64,000 nt of DNA from Desulfuromonadaceae bacterium (GCA_034007015.1 JAVERS010000004.1:15336-79335); one strand, 5' to 3'; shown: positions 46,426 through 56,352, counted from the stretch's first letter. A program made the numbers and translations. The notes: generated from the sequence alone by a model not told the origin.

Positions 46426-47927
46426 TCTTGCCCTTCGGTGTTCTTGTCTATATCGGTTAATTCAAACGCCTCAACTACAGGAAACTGCAAGGTAAACACG
46501 GTGCCCGTAGGGGAGCTATGCATATAAATACGTCCGTTGTTCTGCTTTACTAGCTGCTTGCATATCGGCAACCCCAGGCCAGTGCCGCGGTTTTTGGTAG
46601 TGAAAAATGGGGTAAAAATCTTTTCCTGCAAATCTGCGGGGATTCCAGGGCCGTTATCTGCAATAGTTACCTGCACATGTTCTCGCCCCCCTACAGTTGC
46701 CTGCGCGGTGGCAAGAGAGACACTGCCTCCTACAGGGGTCGCCTGTAACGCATTGATCACTATATTCAGCAACACCTGCTGCAACTGTTTGCAATCCGCC
46801 CAAATCAGAGGAAGATCTTGCCCTAGGTCACGGTGTTGCTCAATATTTCTGGCTTCGGGATGCTGGGCCACAAAAAACAGAGTTTCATTGAGTAGATCAT
46901 TAATATTCAGATAGTCAAACTGAGGCGTGCCTGGGCGCCCAAACTTGAGCAAGTCGGTGGCGGTTTTGTTCAAACGCTCAATCTGGGCCATGATATCTTC
47001 AACCACTTGGCGCCGCTCATCTTCGGGGGGGAAGTCCTCCGCAACAAGGGGCAAAGCTCCTTTGATTCCGGCTAGCGGGTTTTTGATTTCGTGTGCCACC
47101 CCTGTAGCCATCTCTCCAATAGCTGCCAACCTGTCCGCCTGCTCCATCTGGTGAAAATGGTACTGCTCCAACTCCTCCTGAGCCTTTTCAAGCTTATCCA
47201 ACATCGAATTGAAACTGTGCATCAGGTAAGAAACCTCATCATTATAGCGTGGTTCCATGCGCACATTTTTCTCCCCTGCCTCCACTTGCGCCATGCGGCT
47301 GATAAGAATCTGGATCGGCTTACGCACGTAGCGCACCACAATGCCTGTAACTCCTGCGGATAATAACAGGGTGATAAAGAGCATCGAAAAGGTGAAACAG
47401 CGCGATGACCTGCTGAGCAACTCGTTGGTTCCAGCAATAGAATAGTTGAGATTCAACACCCCTAGCACTTTGTGCTCAGAGCTATGACATTCATAACAGA
47501 CGGGCCTGTTTTCGATAGATTTCAGGATGCTCAACACCTCTTCCCCACTGTGTTCAAGCATTAGAGAATCATCCCCGCGCCGATACGCTTCGAGCTCCCG
47601 GGTCAACATGGGTTGATCCAGCTCTGCCGCAAAAGAGGAGTTTACGATGTTGCCGGTATCGGGGTTGAAAATGCGCACTACCCGCAGGCTTGGACCACTC
47701 GCAATCAACTCCAGGGTGCGCTGCAGGGTGTGAGCATCGCCCTTGCATTTAGAGTTAAAGATGGAGTTTTCTACCGTTACCATGAGGATATCTGCCCCAT
47801 CCCTGGTTAATTTCAGCATATTGTTGCGATCACGCTGATAGTGGAACAGGGTAAACACCCCGATTCCAATGGTGAGCAGAGTTATGTTCATCACAATGAT
47901 ACGAACTATGAGGCTGTTTTTGCGCAT
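46422..47927 (-). CDS. Sensor histidine kinase with periplasmic CxxCH-containing domain, HAMP, HisKA, HATPase
   Basis: Two TM segments flank a ~140-aa periplasmic domain that contains CYECH. H-box GVAHEIKNPL; N, G1 and G2 boxes are present. 4-nt overlap with the downstream regulator gene. Confidence 0.9.
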   Translation of the reverse strand: MRKNSLIVRIIVMNITLLTIGIGVFTLFHYQRDRNNMLKLTRDGADILMVTVENSIFNSKCKGDAHTLQRTLELIASGPSLRVVRIFNPDTGNIVNSSFAAELDQPMLTRELEAYRRGDDSLMLEHSGEEVLSILKSIENRPVCYECHSSEHKVLGVLNLNYSIAGTNELLSRSSRCFTFSMLFITLLLSAGVTGIVVRYVRKPIQILISRMAQVEAGEKNVRMEPRYNDEVSYLMHSFNSMLDKLEKAQEELEQYHFHQMEQADRLAAIGEMATGVAHEIKNPLAGIKGALPLVAEDFPPEDERRQVVEDIMAQIERLNKTATDLLKFGRPGTPQFDYLNINDLLNETLFFVAQHPEARNIEQHRDLGQDLPLIWADCKQLQQVLLNIVINALQATPVGGSVSLATAQATVGGREHVQVTIADNGPGIPADLQEKIFTPFFTTKNRGTGLGLPICKQLVKQNNGRIYMHSSPTGTVFTLQFPVVEAFELTDIDKNTEGQE

Positions 47928-47970
47928 ACGGAACCTGTGCCTTTAAGAGATATTGCGTCAGGAGCAAACC

Positions 47971-48414
47971 TCAACGTCCTGCATCAAGATACTTTTTTAC
48001 CTTATCCTCTAGAGGTCCGGCTCTCCATTCAGACACAGAGACAGCCTCTGAAGGGGTGGGTCCGGCCGATAAAGTTTCTGAGGTCGCAGTTTTGTGCGCC
48101 TCAACTCCCCGTGGACTCCCCAGCTCTGCACCAACGTTAGCTGGCGAAGACAGCTGCGCTATTTTGCCATCGAACGCTCCATCTTTAAGATTTTTGAGCA
48201 TGGAGCGATGCTGCTCCCTCATCATGTGTTCCACCTTAGAGGGCAGATCTGTTGCGGTGCTAATGTTGGTATAGTCTGTGGTTTCGCGCGCGAGGATAGA
48301 GCCCGCTCGGTACAGAAGTGTGGTTATACGCGCCCGCGGCAAGCCGCTATCTTCCGTCTGCACATGGTATGTATGCCCTTTGTAGCTGAAGTTGTGGTTG
48401 AATCCACTAACCAT
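47971..48414 (-). CDS. Conserved hypothetical protein
   Basis: 147 aa with N-terminal HNFSYKGHTYHVQTEDSG. Lies between metH and the sensor kinase on the same strand. No function recognised. Confidence 0.55.
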   Translation of the reverse strand: MVSGFNHNFSYKGHTYHVQTEDSGLPRARITTLLYRAGSILARETTDYTNISTATDLPSKVEHMMREQHRSMLKNLKDGAFDGKIAQLSSPANVGAELGSPRGVEAHKTATSETLSAGPTPSEAVSVSEWRAGPLEDKVKKYLDAGR

Positions 48415-48427
48415 GGCACTATCTCCT

Positions 48428-50851
48428 CTAGTTATCGGGTGCGGTGTTCGCCATCAATTTCTTCACTTTTGCCACTGCTTCCATCGCATCATCGGCGTAA
48501 ATGTCCGCTCCGATCTGATCGGCATAGTCTTGAGTTACTACCGCCCCGCCAACCATAGTAAACACCTTGATTCCGGCGTCGCGCAGGGCGTCAAGGGTAA
48601 CCTGCATCTGGCGCAGAGTGGTGGTCATCAAGGCCGAAAGCCCTACGGCATCAACGTTCTGCGCCAGAGCCTGCTCTACAATGCGCGCGGATGAGACATT
48701 TTTCCCCAGGTCGAGAACTTCAAAGCCGTAGTTCTCCAGCAGGGTGCAAACGATATTTTTGCCAATATCGTGGATATCCCCTTCCACTGTTGCCATAAGG
48801 ATTTTGCCGTGGTACTGCATGTCTGAAGCACCCAGTTCCTGCTTCAGACGTGTGAACGCGGTCTGCATGGTTTCGGCACTCAAAAGCACCTGCGGGAGGA
48901 ATATTTTATTCGCCCCAAAACGCTGCCCTACTACTTCGAGACCGGGGAGCAAACCATCGTTACTGATGGACATAAGTTCATGCCCCTCGGCGAGAGCCTG
49001 CTCCACTAAAGCAACTATTTCGTCTTTTTCCCCCTGAATAATCCCCCGACTTAAGCGCTGCAAGATCCCCTCCTCTGCTGCATTTGCATCGGTAGAGGGG
49101 GTGGAATTCTGCTCCTGTGAACCTGCATACGCCTCCACATAGGACTCGGCACGTTTGTCGTGTCCTAGCAGCACCATGGCACTGCGGTAGGCATCTTGCA
49201 TCCGTTCATCCGCCGGATTGATAATTGCGGCACTTAAGCCCGCTTCCAGCGCCATGGCAAAAAAAGTGGCTGAAATCAAGGGGCGGCGTGGCAATCCGAA
49301 AGAGATGTTGCTCACCCCAAGCACTGTTGCGACTTGATCTGTATGGGTAAGAGTACGGATCGCGGCGAGGGTTTCTGCCGCCTGATCCTGTTCTGCGGAG
49401 ACAGTCAACGCGAGGCAATCCACCACTACGTCGCAGGGCTCAATTCCGTACTCTTGCGCGCGCGCAATGATGCGGCGCGCAATCGCGATGCGACCCTCTG
49501 CACTCTTGGGGATGCCGTTTTCATCTAAACACAGGGCTATTACTGCGGCACCATATTTGCGTGCCAGGGGGAGGATGGCTGCCATGCTTTTCTCTTCGCC
49601 GTTAACCGAATTGATAAGCACCTTACCATCTACAGCTTTAAGCGCCTGCTCTAGCGCAACAGGATCGGAAGAGTCTAGCACCAGGGGCAGATGGGATACA
49701 GAACTGATAGCAAAGACTGCACGCTCCAGCGCCGCCGCCTCATCCACACCAGGGGCTCCACAGTTAACATCAAGCAAATGCGCCCCTGCTGCAGTCTGCG
49801 TTTGAGCTTCACGGCGGATATACGCAGTTTTACCCTCGCGTAGCTCGGCACTATAGCCTTTTTTCCCTGTGGGATTGATACGTTCGCCAATGATAGCACA
49901 GCGGGAGGCTGGGGCAAAGGTACACACACTGGTACGGCTGGAGACATAGCCGTGGGTACGTCGCGGCGGGGACCAGTTGTGCTCCAGCGTATCCAGCGCC
50001 GCACGCATCACCCGAATATGCTCCGGCGTGGTGCCGCAACACCCGCCGATAATCCGAACTCCAAGCTCAATCAAGCGCTGATGGTATAAGGTCATCTCCT
50101 CGGGGGAAGCGGGAAACACCGTCTCACCCTCTTGGAGGATGGGTAAGCCGGCGTTGGCTTGCACAATCAGGGGGCGGTTGGTGCAGGTGCGCATCTGACG
50201 CAGCACCGCGTACATCCCTTCGATCCCAAGGCCGCAGTTGCTCCCAATCACATCTACCTGCAAAGCATCCAGCGTAACTGCTGCAGCCTCCGGTGAGGTC
50301 CCCAGCACGGTGCGTCCTTCGTCGTCAAAGGTCATCATCGCGATGACGGGAAGAGTGGAACACTCCCGACACGCCATCACCGCTGCTTTGAGTTCCCGAA
50401 TATCCAGAAAGGTTTCACAGCTGATGGCATCTGCACCGGCAGCGACAAACGCACGCACCTGTTCGGAAAACACCTCCACCATTTCGTCAAAACCAGCATC
50501 CCCCACCGGTTCGAGAAAGCGTCCGCTCGGGCCGATGCTGCCAACCACGAACACCTCCTCGCCCCCGCCGGAGCGCGCAAGCTCGACAGCGCGAGTATTG
50601 ATGGCGTAGACCTTATCTTCCAGGCCGTAGTGAGCCAGCTTGGTGCGATTACCACCGAAGGTGTTGGTTACAAGCACCTGCGCCCCTGCTGCGGTATACT
50701 CGCGGTGCACCCTTTCTACAACCTCGGGGGCATCTAAAATCATCTGCTCTGGGCAATCGCCTGCCTTAAGGCCGCGCGCTTGGAGCATGGTACCCATGGC
50801 TCCATCTAACATAAGCACGTGCTCACGCACCGCACACATAAATCTACTCAT
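48428..50851 (-). CDS. metH: Cobalamin-dependent methionine synthase, short form lacking the AdoMet reactivation domain
   Basis: Hcy S-methyltransferase domain (GGCCGTTPEHI), pterin-binding domain, B12-binding cap, and a Rossmann domain with the DxHxxG motif (GDIHDIGKN). 807 aa against about 1230 aa for full-length MetH. Confidence 0.9.
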   Translation of the reverse strand: MSRFMCAVREHVLMLDGAMGTMLQARGLKAGDCPEQMILDAPEVVERVHREYTAAGAQVLVTNTFGGNRTKLAHYGLEDKVYAINTRAVELARSGGGEEVFVVGSIGPSGRFLEPVGDAGFDEMVEVFSEQVRAFVAAGADAISCETFLDIRELKAAVMACRECSTLPVIAMMTFDDEGRTVLGTSPEAAAVTLDALQVDVIGSNCGLGIEGMYAVLRQMRTCTNRPLIVQANAGLPILQEGETVFPASPEEMTLYHQRLIELGVRIIGGCCGTTPEHIRVMRAALDTLEHNWSPPRRTHGYVSSRTSVCTFAPASRCAIIGERINPTGKKGYSAELREGKTAYIRREAQTQTAAGAHLLDVNCGAPGVDEAAALERAVFAISSVSHLPLVLDSSDPVALEQALKAVDGKVLINSVNGEEKSMAAILPLARKYGAAVIALCLDENGIPKSAEGRIAIARRIIARAQEYGIEPCDVVVDCLALTVSAEQDQAAETLAAIRTLTHTDQVATVLGVSNISFGLPRRPLISATFFAMALEAGLSAAIINPADERMQDAYRSAMVLLGHDKRAESYVEAYAGSQEQNSTPSTDANAAEEGILQRLSRGIIQGEKDEIVALVEQALAEGHELMSISNDGLLPGLEVVGQRFGANKIFLPQVLLSAETMQTAFTRLKQELGASDMQYHGKILMATVEGDIHDIGKNIVCTLLENYGFEVLDLGKNVSSARIVEQALAQNVDAVGLSALMTTTLRQMQVTLDALRDAGIKVFTMVGGAVVTQDYADQIGADIYADDAMEAVAKVKKLMANTAPDN

Positions 50852-50915
50852 GTGTCTATCTCTCCAATCGTATGTATTTCTTCGTCAAATTAACATCTGG
50901 GAGGATGGATAAGTA

Positions 50916-51524
50916 TCATTGGGGCAAAGGCATACCTCCGCTACCTGCATCAGTTCTAATCCAGTTGCGATTGAGCAACAATGCCCGTCTCAGATCCACA
51001 TGTCCTTTGAGACTTTCAACTGCCGCTCCCTCAATTTTGAATACAAAGCGTTCAAAACCAGGCACATACGCGGCGATGGAGTTGGTCAAGGCATGAACAC
51101 TCAACAACTCAGAGCTACTCCCTCCGGGGTGGTAATCCACCAGTTCGCGGTTGAAATCCAGTTCCAGGGTTTCAGCGTCGATCCTACGCACCCCGAGCAG
51201 ACGAGTCTGCGCGGGGATAACTGCAACCAGACCTTTTGATTCGGGGCCGCGGGCCAGTTGTAACACAATATGACTTAAGGCAGTAAAATCGTCACCAGGT
51301 TGCGGCATACTACGTTTTTCTTCCATCAAACCACTGGCATCCGGAAGACTGAAGTACAGGGTGACCTCCTCCAGCACCACCGCAGTGCGGAACACCTCCT
51401 GCTTTTGAGTAACCGGGCGTACATCTACAATCATCCGGCCGACGATGATTCCAACAGCGACCAAACCAAGCAAAAACACACCTGCCTGCACTAGGCGTTT
51501 GCGTGCACGGGGTGACAGACTCAT
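50916..51524 (-). CDS. GerMN-domain protein
   Basis: N-terminal TM segment, then a GerMN pattern (LYFSLPD...L..GP....L..VIP..T.LL.V....ETLELDFN.E). Confidence 0.7.
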   Translation of the reverse strand: MSLSPRARKRLVQAGVFLLGLVAVGIIVGRMIVDVRPVTQKQEVFRTAVVLEEVTLYFSLPDASGLMEEKRSMPQPGDDFTALSHIVLQLARGPESKGLVAVIPAQTRLLGVRRIDAETLELDFNRELVDYHPGGSSSELLSVHALTNSIAAYVPGFERFVFKIEGAAVESLKGHVDLRRALLLNRNWIRTDAGSGGMPLPQ

Positions 51525-52363
51525 ATGGATCTCCTCATCTCATGTTCAATGGCAGGTAAAGTTATCCGCTCCACGTGCTCAAGTGTTTCGCCCAAAAAGG
51601 CACTCCCTACGCGAATAAAGCGAGTGGGGACATCGGTCACGTAGAACCGGCACCTCCCTTTACGCCTTCGAGAACACAGGGTGCTGTTCTGGCGCAACAG
51701 ATACTGCACCGTCAATGCCGTCTGGGTCGCTGAATCCACCATCGACACAGTAGCTGGCAACACTTGACGCAGGGTCTCTTTCAACAGTGGGTAATGGGTG
51801 CAACCAAGTACCAAGGTGTCAATATGGCTCTCCAACAAGGGCTGTAGATATTCTTGCGCCGCAAGACGTGCAATCTCATGTTCTGCCCAACCCTCCTCTG
51901 CAAGAGGCACAAACAGCGGGCACACGGCACTGAACACTTCTACGCCGCTGCGCAGGGTGCTGATCTCATGTTGATACGCTCCACTGTTGACTGTACCTTC
52001 AGTGCCTATCACTCCGATCCTGCCAGATTGCGATAGCCTCACTGCTTCTTGCGCCCCCGGTACAATCACCCCGACAACTGGAACGTTAAAGCGGTGGGCC
52101 AGAATCTGCAACGCCACAGATGAAGCGGTATTGCACGCCACTACCACCATTTTTACCTGGTGGGTACACAGAAACTTCGCCGCCTGAAGTGCATAGTGAA
52201 GCACAGTCTCGGGACTTTTGGTCCCGTACGGAACCCTTGCAGTATCTCCCAGATATATCAGGTCTTCTTCAGGCAGGCATTGGCGGATCGCCTTGAGGAC
52301 TGTCAATCCACCAACGCCCGAATCAAACACACCTACTGCTCGCTGTGGCACTAAGAACCTCAC
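51521..52363 (-). CDS. murI: Glutamate racemase
   Basis: GVFDSGVGGLTV, VVACNTAS and LGCTHYP catalytic Cys motifs. Confidence 0.95.
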   Translation of the reverse strand: MRFLVPQRAVGVFDSGVGGLTVLKAIRQCLPEEDLIYLGDTARVPYGTKSPETVLHYALQAAKFLCTHQVKMVVVACNTASSVALQILAHRFNVPVVGVIVPGAQEAVRLSQSGRIGVIGTEGTVNSGAYQHEISTLRSGVEVFSAVCPLFVPLAEEGWAEHEIARLAAQEYLQPLLESHIDTLVLGCTHYPLLKETLRQVLPATVSMVDSATQTALTVQYLLRQNSTLCSRRRKGRCRFYVTDVPTRFIRVGSAFLGETLEHVERITLPAIEHEMRRSI

Positions 52364-52589
52364 AATTAAAAAGGGGAAGGATAAAGAGCGTTTTTATGCA
52401 CTTGCAGGTTTTAGTTCAGGCACATAAAATCGGGCACGAGTGCTAAGAAAAAACCCTATTCAGGTCAAGCATTTCAATAGCTTTCGCCTTTGAGTTTTAA
52501 CACCTACATGTTACTCTGTTTTAATCTTAAACTAAAGGGGATCTCCACGTTTCCCCTCAGCAGGGTGTTGCCGCCCCTGCCTCTACAAA

Positions 52590-52916
52590 ATGGAGCCTCA
52601 CATGGAAGCGATCATAGAATGGCTGAAACCGCTTAATACATCAATGATTATCCGCTATATCACTGATCTAGATCCGTTGCACAATCCCTGGATTATTGGC
52701 GCTGCGGTTGTATTTGTATTGGTAAGCTTATGGCTCAAGTGGTATCTACTGCTCTCCTGTACACTTACTTTGGTCGGATTTGTTGCGTTAGTGTGGCTTG
52801 TGCAAAATATCGGAACCGATCTGGAGCACTCTTCAGACAGCCTATTTGTCTTTGTCGGCGGTGGCGCAGCTCTGGTGTTTCTGTTTATATACGTGGTATT
52901 CATGCGCAGCGATTAA
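52590..52916 (+). CDS. Hypothetical small membrane protein (3 TM)
   Basis: Hydrophobic segments. A GGAG RBS favours ATG 52602 over 52590. No recognisable family. Confidence 0.45.
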   Translation: MEPHMEAIIEWLKPLNTSMIIRYITDLDPLHNPWIIGAAVVFVLVSLWLKWYLLLSCTLTLVGFVALVWLVQNIGTDLEHSSDSLFVFVGGGAALVFLFIYVVFMRSD

Positions 52917-52971
52917 ATACCCAGACCTTTTAACCCACATACACACTTCAGTATTTACGAAAGGGTAAAAC

Positions 52972-53226
52972 TTGACTAAACGAGATATCATAACTATAGC
53001 CATAGGTGTTGCCGTAGTAACTTTTTTGCTGTTTGCCCCTGAAGGGACCACGCCGCACATGCCCGTGGACGCCACCCACGCCAAATATCAGCAGATATTC
53101 AAACAAGATGGGAAAAAAGCCGCAGAACAATTTTGCAAAGATTGCCACGGCAAGCCCGGGCTTGAGTTTCCTCCTGAGCACCCCGACCCAAACCGATGCT
53201 TATTCTGCCACAAGGGGGATATTTAA
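52972..53226 (+). CDS. Membrane-anchored diheme c-type cytochrome (84 aa)
   Basis: N-terminal TM anchor IITIAIGVAVVTFLLF and two CxxCH sites (CKDCH, CLFCH). TTG start. Confidence 0.6.
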   Translation: MTKRDIITIAIGVAVVTFLLFAPEGTTPHMPVDATHAKYQQIFKQDGKKAAEQFCKDCHGKPGLEFPPEHPDPNRCLFCHKGDI

Positions 53227-53302
53227 CTATTTAATCCGCTGCAGAATATCTGCTACAACAGCGGAATCCTGCAGCGCAAACCTGCCTGCAGATGAAATGG
53301 AC

Positions 53303-53331
53303 TTGACATCTTGAATAAGGCGGAGTAAATA
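53303..53331 (+). promoter_or_regulatory. Candidate sigma70 promoter for the DUF4492-cydAB operon
   Basis: TTGACA (53303-53308), 17-nt spacer, TAAATA (53326-53331), about 70 nt upstream of ATG 53400. Confidence 0.35.
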
Positions 53332-53399
53332 CAACCAAAAAGGTAATAATTATATCAGCAATAGCTTCATTTCTTTTTCATCCTATACGGGGGTAGCAT

Positions 53400-53633
53400 A
53401 TGTTTATACGCAATGTGTACACATTTTACCGCGATGGATTTCGTTCCATGGTGGTGGGCAAAACCCTGTGGAAAATCATCTTCATCAAGCTTTTCATCAT
53501 GTTTGCAGTACTAAAGGTGTTCTTCTTCCCGAACTTCCTTGCCACTAACTTCTCTTCCGATGCTGAACGCGCCGAGCACGTCCTTGGCAATCTAACTGAG
53601 AGTAGATCTCCGCCGCCATCTGAACTGCAATGA
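53400..53633 (+). CDS. DUF4492-family small membrane protein (cyd-associated)
   Basis: FYRDGFRSM..GKTLWKIIFIKLFIMFAVLKVFFFPNFL matches my memory of the DUF4492 family, which lies upstream of cydA in several phyla. Confidence 0.7.
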   Translation: MFIRNVYTFYRDGFRSMVVGKTLWKIIFIKLFIMFAVLKVFFFPNFLATNFSSDAERAEHVLGNLTESRSPPPSELQ

Positions 53634-53683
53634 CCTTACTTTGTTAAGTTTATATAACCTCTCAAGCAACCTGGAGGCAACAC

Positions 53684-55219
53684 GTGATTGAAAACATAGA
53701 CCTCAGCATGGTGAACTGGGCGCGCGCCACCTTTGCCCTTACCGCCATGTACCATTGGATTTTCGTTCCCCTCACCTTGGGGTTGGCGTTTTTATGTGCT
53801 TTTTTTGAAACAATTTACGTAAAAACCCGCAACCCAGAGTGGAAGCACCTCACTAAGTTCTGGATGACCCTGTTTGGGATCAACTTTGCCATCGGGGTTG
53901 CCACCGGTATTATTCTAGAGTTTGAGTTTGGCACCAACTGGTCTAACTATTCATGGATGGTTGGGGATATTTTTGGTGCTCCGCTTGCCATTGAGGGAAT
54001 TTTTGCTTTTTTCCTCGAAGCAACTTTCTTTGCGGTGATGTTCTTCGGCTGGGACCGAGTTTCCACCCGTATGCACTTATTTTCCACCTGGATGGTAGCG
54101 GTAGGTTCCAACCTCTCTGCCCTGTGGATTCTGGTAGCTAACGGCTGGATGCAAAATCCAGTGGGGATGGTCTTCAATCCCGATAGTGCGCGCTTTGAGA
54201 TGGAAAACCTGTGGGCGGTGATCTCCTCTCCGGTCGCAATCGGTCACTTTGTCCATGCAACCAGCTCCGGCTTTTTACTTGCATCCCTGTTCGTAGTAGG
54301 GATCTCCAGCTGGTATCTACTGCGCGGCAAGCACAAGAAGTTTGCCCTACGTTCTATCACTGTGGCGTGTGTATTTGGGCTTTTGAGCTCTGTCTTTGTC
54401 GCTTTCAGTGGAGATGAACACGCGTTTATCACTGCAAAAACTCAACCCATGAAACTTGCCGCGATGGAAGGGATGTACAAAGGTTCTTCTGGTGCTGGAC
54501 TGGTGGCGCTGGGGATGGCCAACCCCCTCAAACAACCCGGTGATGATCAGGATCCATTTATATTTAAGATAGAAATTCCGAAAATACTAAGCCTCCTCGC
54601 AACCCGTGATTTCAACGGATTTGTTCCCGGGATTGACGATCTGCTCTATGGCAATGCCGCGCAGGGGATCATGGGGGTAGATGCAAAGATAGAGCGTGGA
54701 GACCAGGCAGTTGCCGCGCTGACGGCGTACAAAGAAGCGCGCAAAGCTAACAACGAAGCACAAGCCTCTGCGGCACTTGAGACGTTTAATCAGCACCGCG
54801 ATTACCTCGGATACGGACACCTGCTCTCTGTTGAACATGCTGTACCGCCAGTGGGTCTCACTTTCTATGCCTTCAGAGTGATGGTTGGCCTTGGCACTTT
54901 TTTTATTTTGCTGTTTGCCCTGTACCTTTTTCTTCTGCATCGTGGAACCTTGGAGCGCAACTATCCGCTCCTGATCCTTGGAGTCCTGGGGCTGTTTCTA
55001 GGCTACGTTGCACAACAGGCCGGCTGGATCGTAACTGAAGTTGGGCGACAGCCGTGGGCGATTCAAGATATGCTGCCGGTAACAGTCGCGCGTTCCAATC
55101 TAGATACGGGCACAGTTATGACAACATTCTTCCTGTTCCTGGCGTTGTTTACCGTCTTACTTATCGCTGAGCTTAAAATCATGGCGCGCCAGATAGGCAT
55201 TGGCCCGGGAGGAGAGTAA
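53684..55219 (+). CDS. cydA: Cytochrome bd oxidase subunit I
   Basis: 511 aa. ARATFALTAMYHWIFVPLTLG, a Q-loop region and GWIVTEVGRQPW. GTG start. Confidence 0.95.
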   Translation: MIENIDLSMVNWARATFALTAMYHWIFVPLTLGLAFLCAFFETIYVKTRNPEWKHLTKFWMTLFGINFAIGVATGIILEFEFGTNWSNYSWMVGDIFGAPLAIEGIFAFFLEATFFAVMFFGWDRVSTRMHLFSTWMVAVGSNLSALWILVANGWMQNPVGMVFNPDSARFEMENLWAVISSPVAIGHFVHATSSGFLLASLFVVGISSWYLLRGKHKKFALRSITVACVFGLLSSVFVAFSGDEHAFITAKTQPMKLAAMEGMYKGSSGAGLVALGMANPLKQPGDDQDPFIFKIEIPKILSLLATRDFNGFVPGIDDLLYGNAAQGIMGVDAKIERGDQAVAALTAYKEARKANNEAQASAALETFNQHRDYLGYGHLLSVEHAVPPVGLTFYAFRVMVGLGTFFILLFALYLFLLHRGTLERNYPLLILGVLGLFLGYVAQQAGWIVTEVGRQPWAIQDMLPVTVARSNLDTGTVMTTFFLFLALFTVLLIAELKIMARQIGIGPGGE

Positions 55220-55221
55220 TT

Positions 55222-56352
55222 ATGTTTGGAAGTCTTGAATTGTCAACACTACAGCAACTTTGGTGGCTTATAGTCTCCGTAGTTGCTGCCCTCTTCATTT
55301 TTCTCACCTTCGTCCAGGGGGGGCAGACCCTTCTACTTACCCTCCCCGAAAGTGAAGACGAGAAAAGTCTGATAGTAAACTCTCTGGGACGCAAGTGGGA
55401 ACTTACCTTCACTACCCTGGTTCTGTTCGGAGGTGCATTTTTCGCTTCGTTCCCGCTGTTTTATGCCACTAGTTTTGGCGGTGCATACTGGGTGTGGATC
55501 GCAATCTTGTTTACTTTTATCATTCAAGCGGTCAGCTACGAATTCCGCACTAAACCGGGAAACTTTCTGGGGCAGAAAACCTTTGAGCGCTTTTTATTCA
55601 TCAATGGCTCAGTCGGCATCCTCCTTATCGGAACAGCAGTGGGGACATTTTTCACCGGCTCTGCCTTCACCCTCAACGACTACAATCTAGTCCAGTGGGG
55701 GCACCCTCTGCGTGGTCTAGAAGCAGCTTTCAGCCTCTTTAATCTGAGCCTTGGAATGTTTCTGGTATTCCTCGCCCGCACCCTTGGCGCTCTGTATCTG
55801 AGCAATAATCTTGATGAGCCCGGACTTGTACAGCGCCTTAAAAACGCAAGTGGAAACAACTTTGTGTGCGCGTTGCCATTTTTGCTGTACGTGCTGGTTC
55901 GCCTAGTCACCATGGATGGATACGCCATCAACCCCACTGACGGAAGTATCTTTATTGAAACCAACAAGTACCTGCACAACCTAATCGAGATGCCTCTGAC
56001 TCTGATTTTGCTTTTAACAGGGCTGGTGCTGGTAATCACAGGGGTGATGTTGAACTACTTCTCCGAATCGGTGCGTGGAATCTGGCCCGCAGGGCTTGGC
56101 ACCGTGCTGACTGTTCTAGCCATATTTTTTCTCGCCGGATACAACAACACTGCGTTCTATCCTTCGCATCTTGACCTGAACAGTAGTATCACCATCTACA
56201 ATGGTTCCAGTAGCCACTATACCCTCACCATGATGAGCTACGTAGCTCTCATGATCCCGTTTGTGCTGGCGTATATCGTGTGGGTGTGGCGCCAGATGGA
56301 TAGTAAGAAACTGTCACTTATCGAAGTGGTATCAGACAAGAAAAGCTATTAG
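55222..56352 (+). CDS. cydB: Cytochrome bd oxidase subunit II
   Basis: 376 aa polytopic protein, 2 nt after the cydA stop, with a typical CydB N-terminus (L..LWW.I......F..L.G). Confidence 0.92.
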   Translation: MFGSLELSTLQQLWWLIVSVVAALFIFLTFVQGGQTLLLTLPESEDEKSLIVNSLGRKWELTFTTLVLFGGAFFASFPLFYATSFGGAYWVWIAILFTFIIQAVSYEFRTKPGNFLGQKTFERFLFINGSVGILLIGTAVGTFFTGSAFTLNDYNLVQWGHPLRGLEAAFSLFNLSLGMFLVFLARTLGALYLSNNLDEPGLVQRLKNASGNNFVCALPFLLYVLVRLVTMDGYAINPTDGSIFIETNKYLHNLIEMPLTLILLLTGLVLVITGVMLNYFSESVRGIWPAGLGTVLTVLAIFFLAGYNNTAFYPSHLDLNSSITIYNGSSSHYTLTMMSYVALMIPFVLAYIVWVWRQMDSKKLSLIEVVSDKKSY

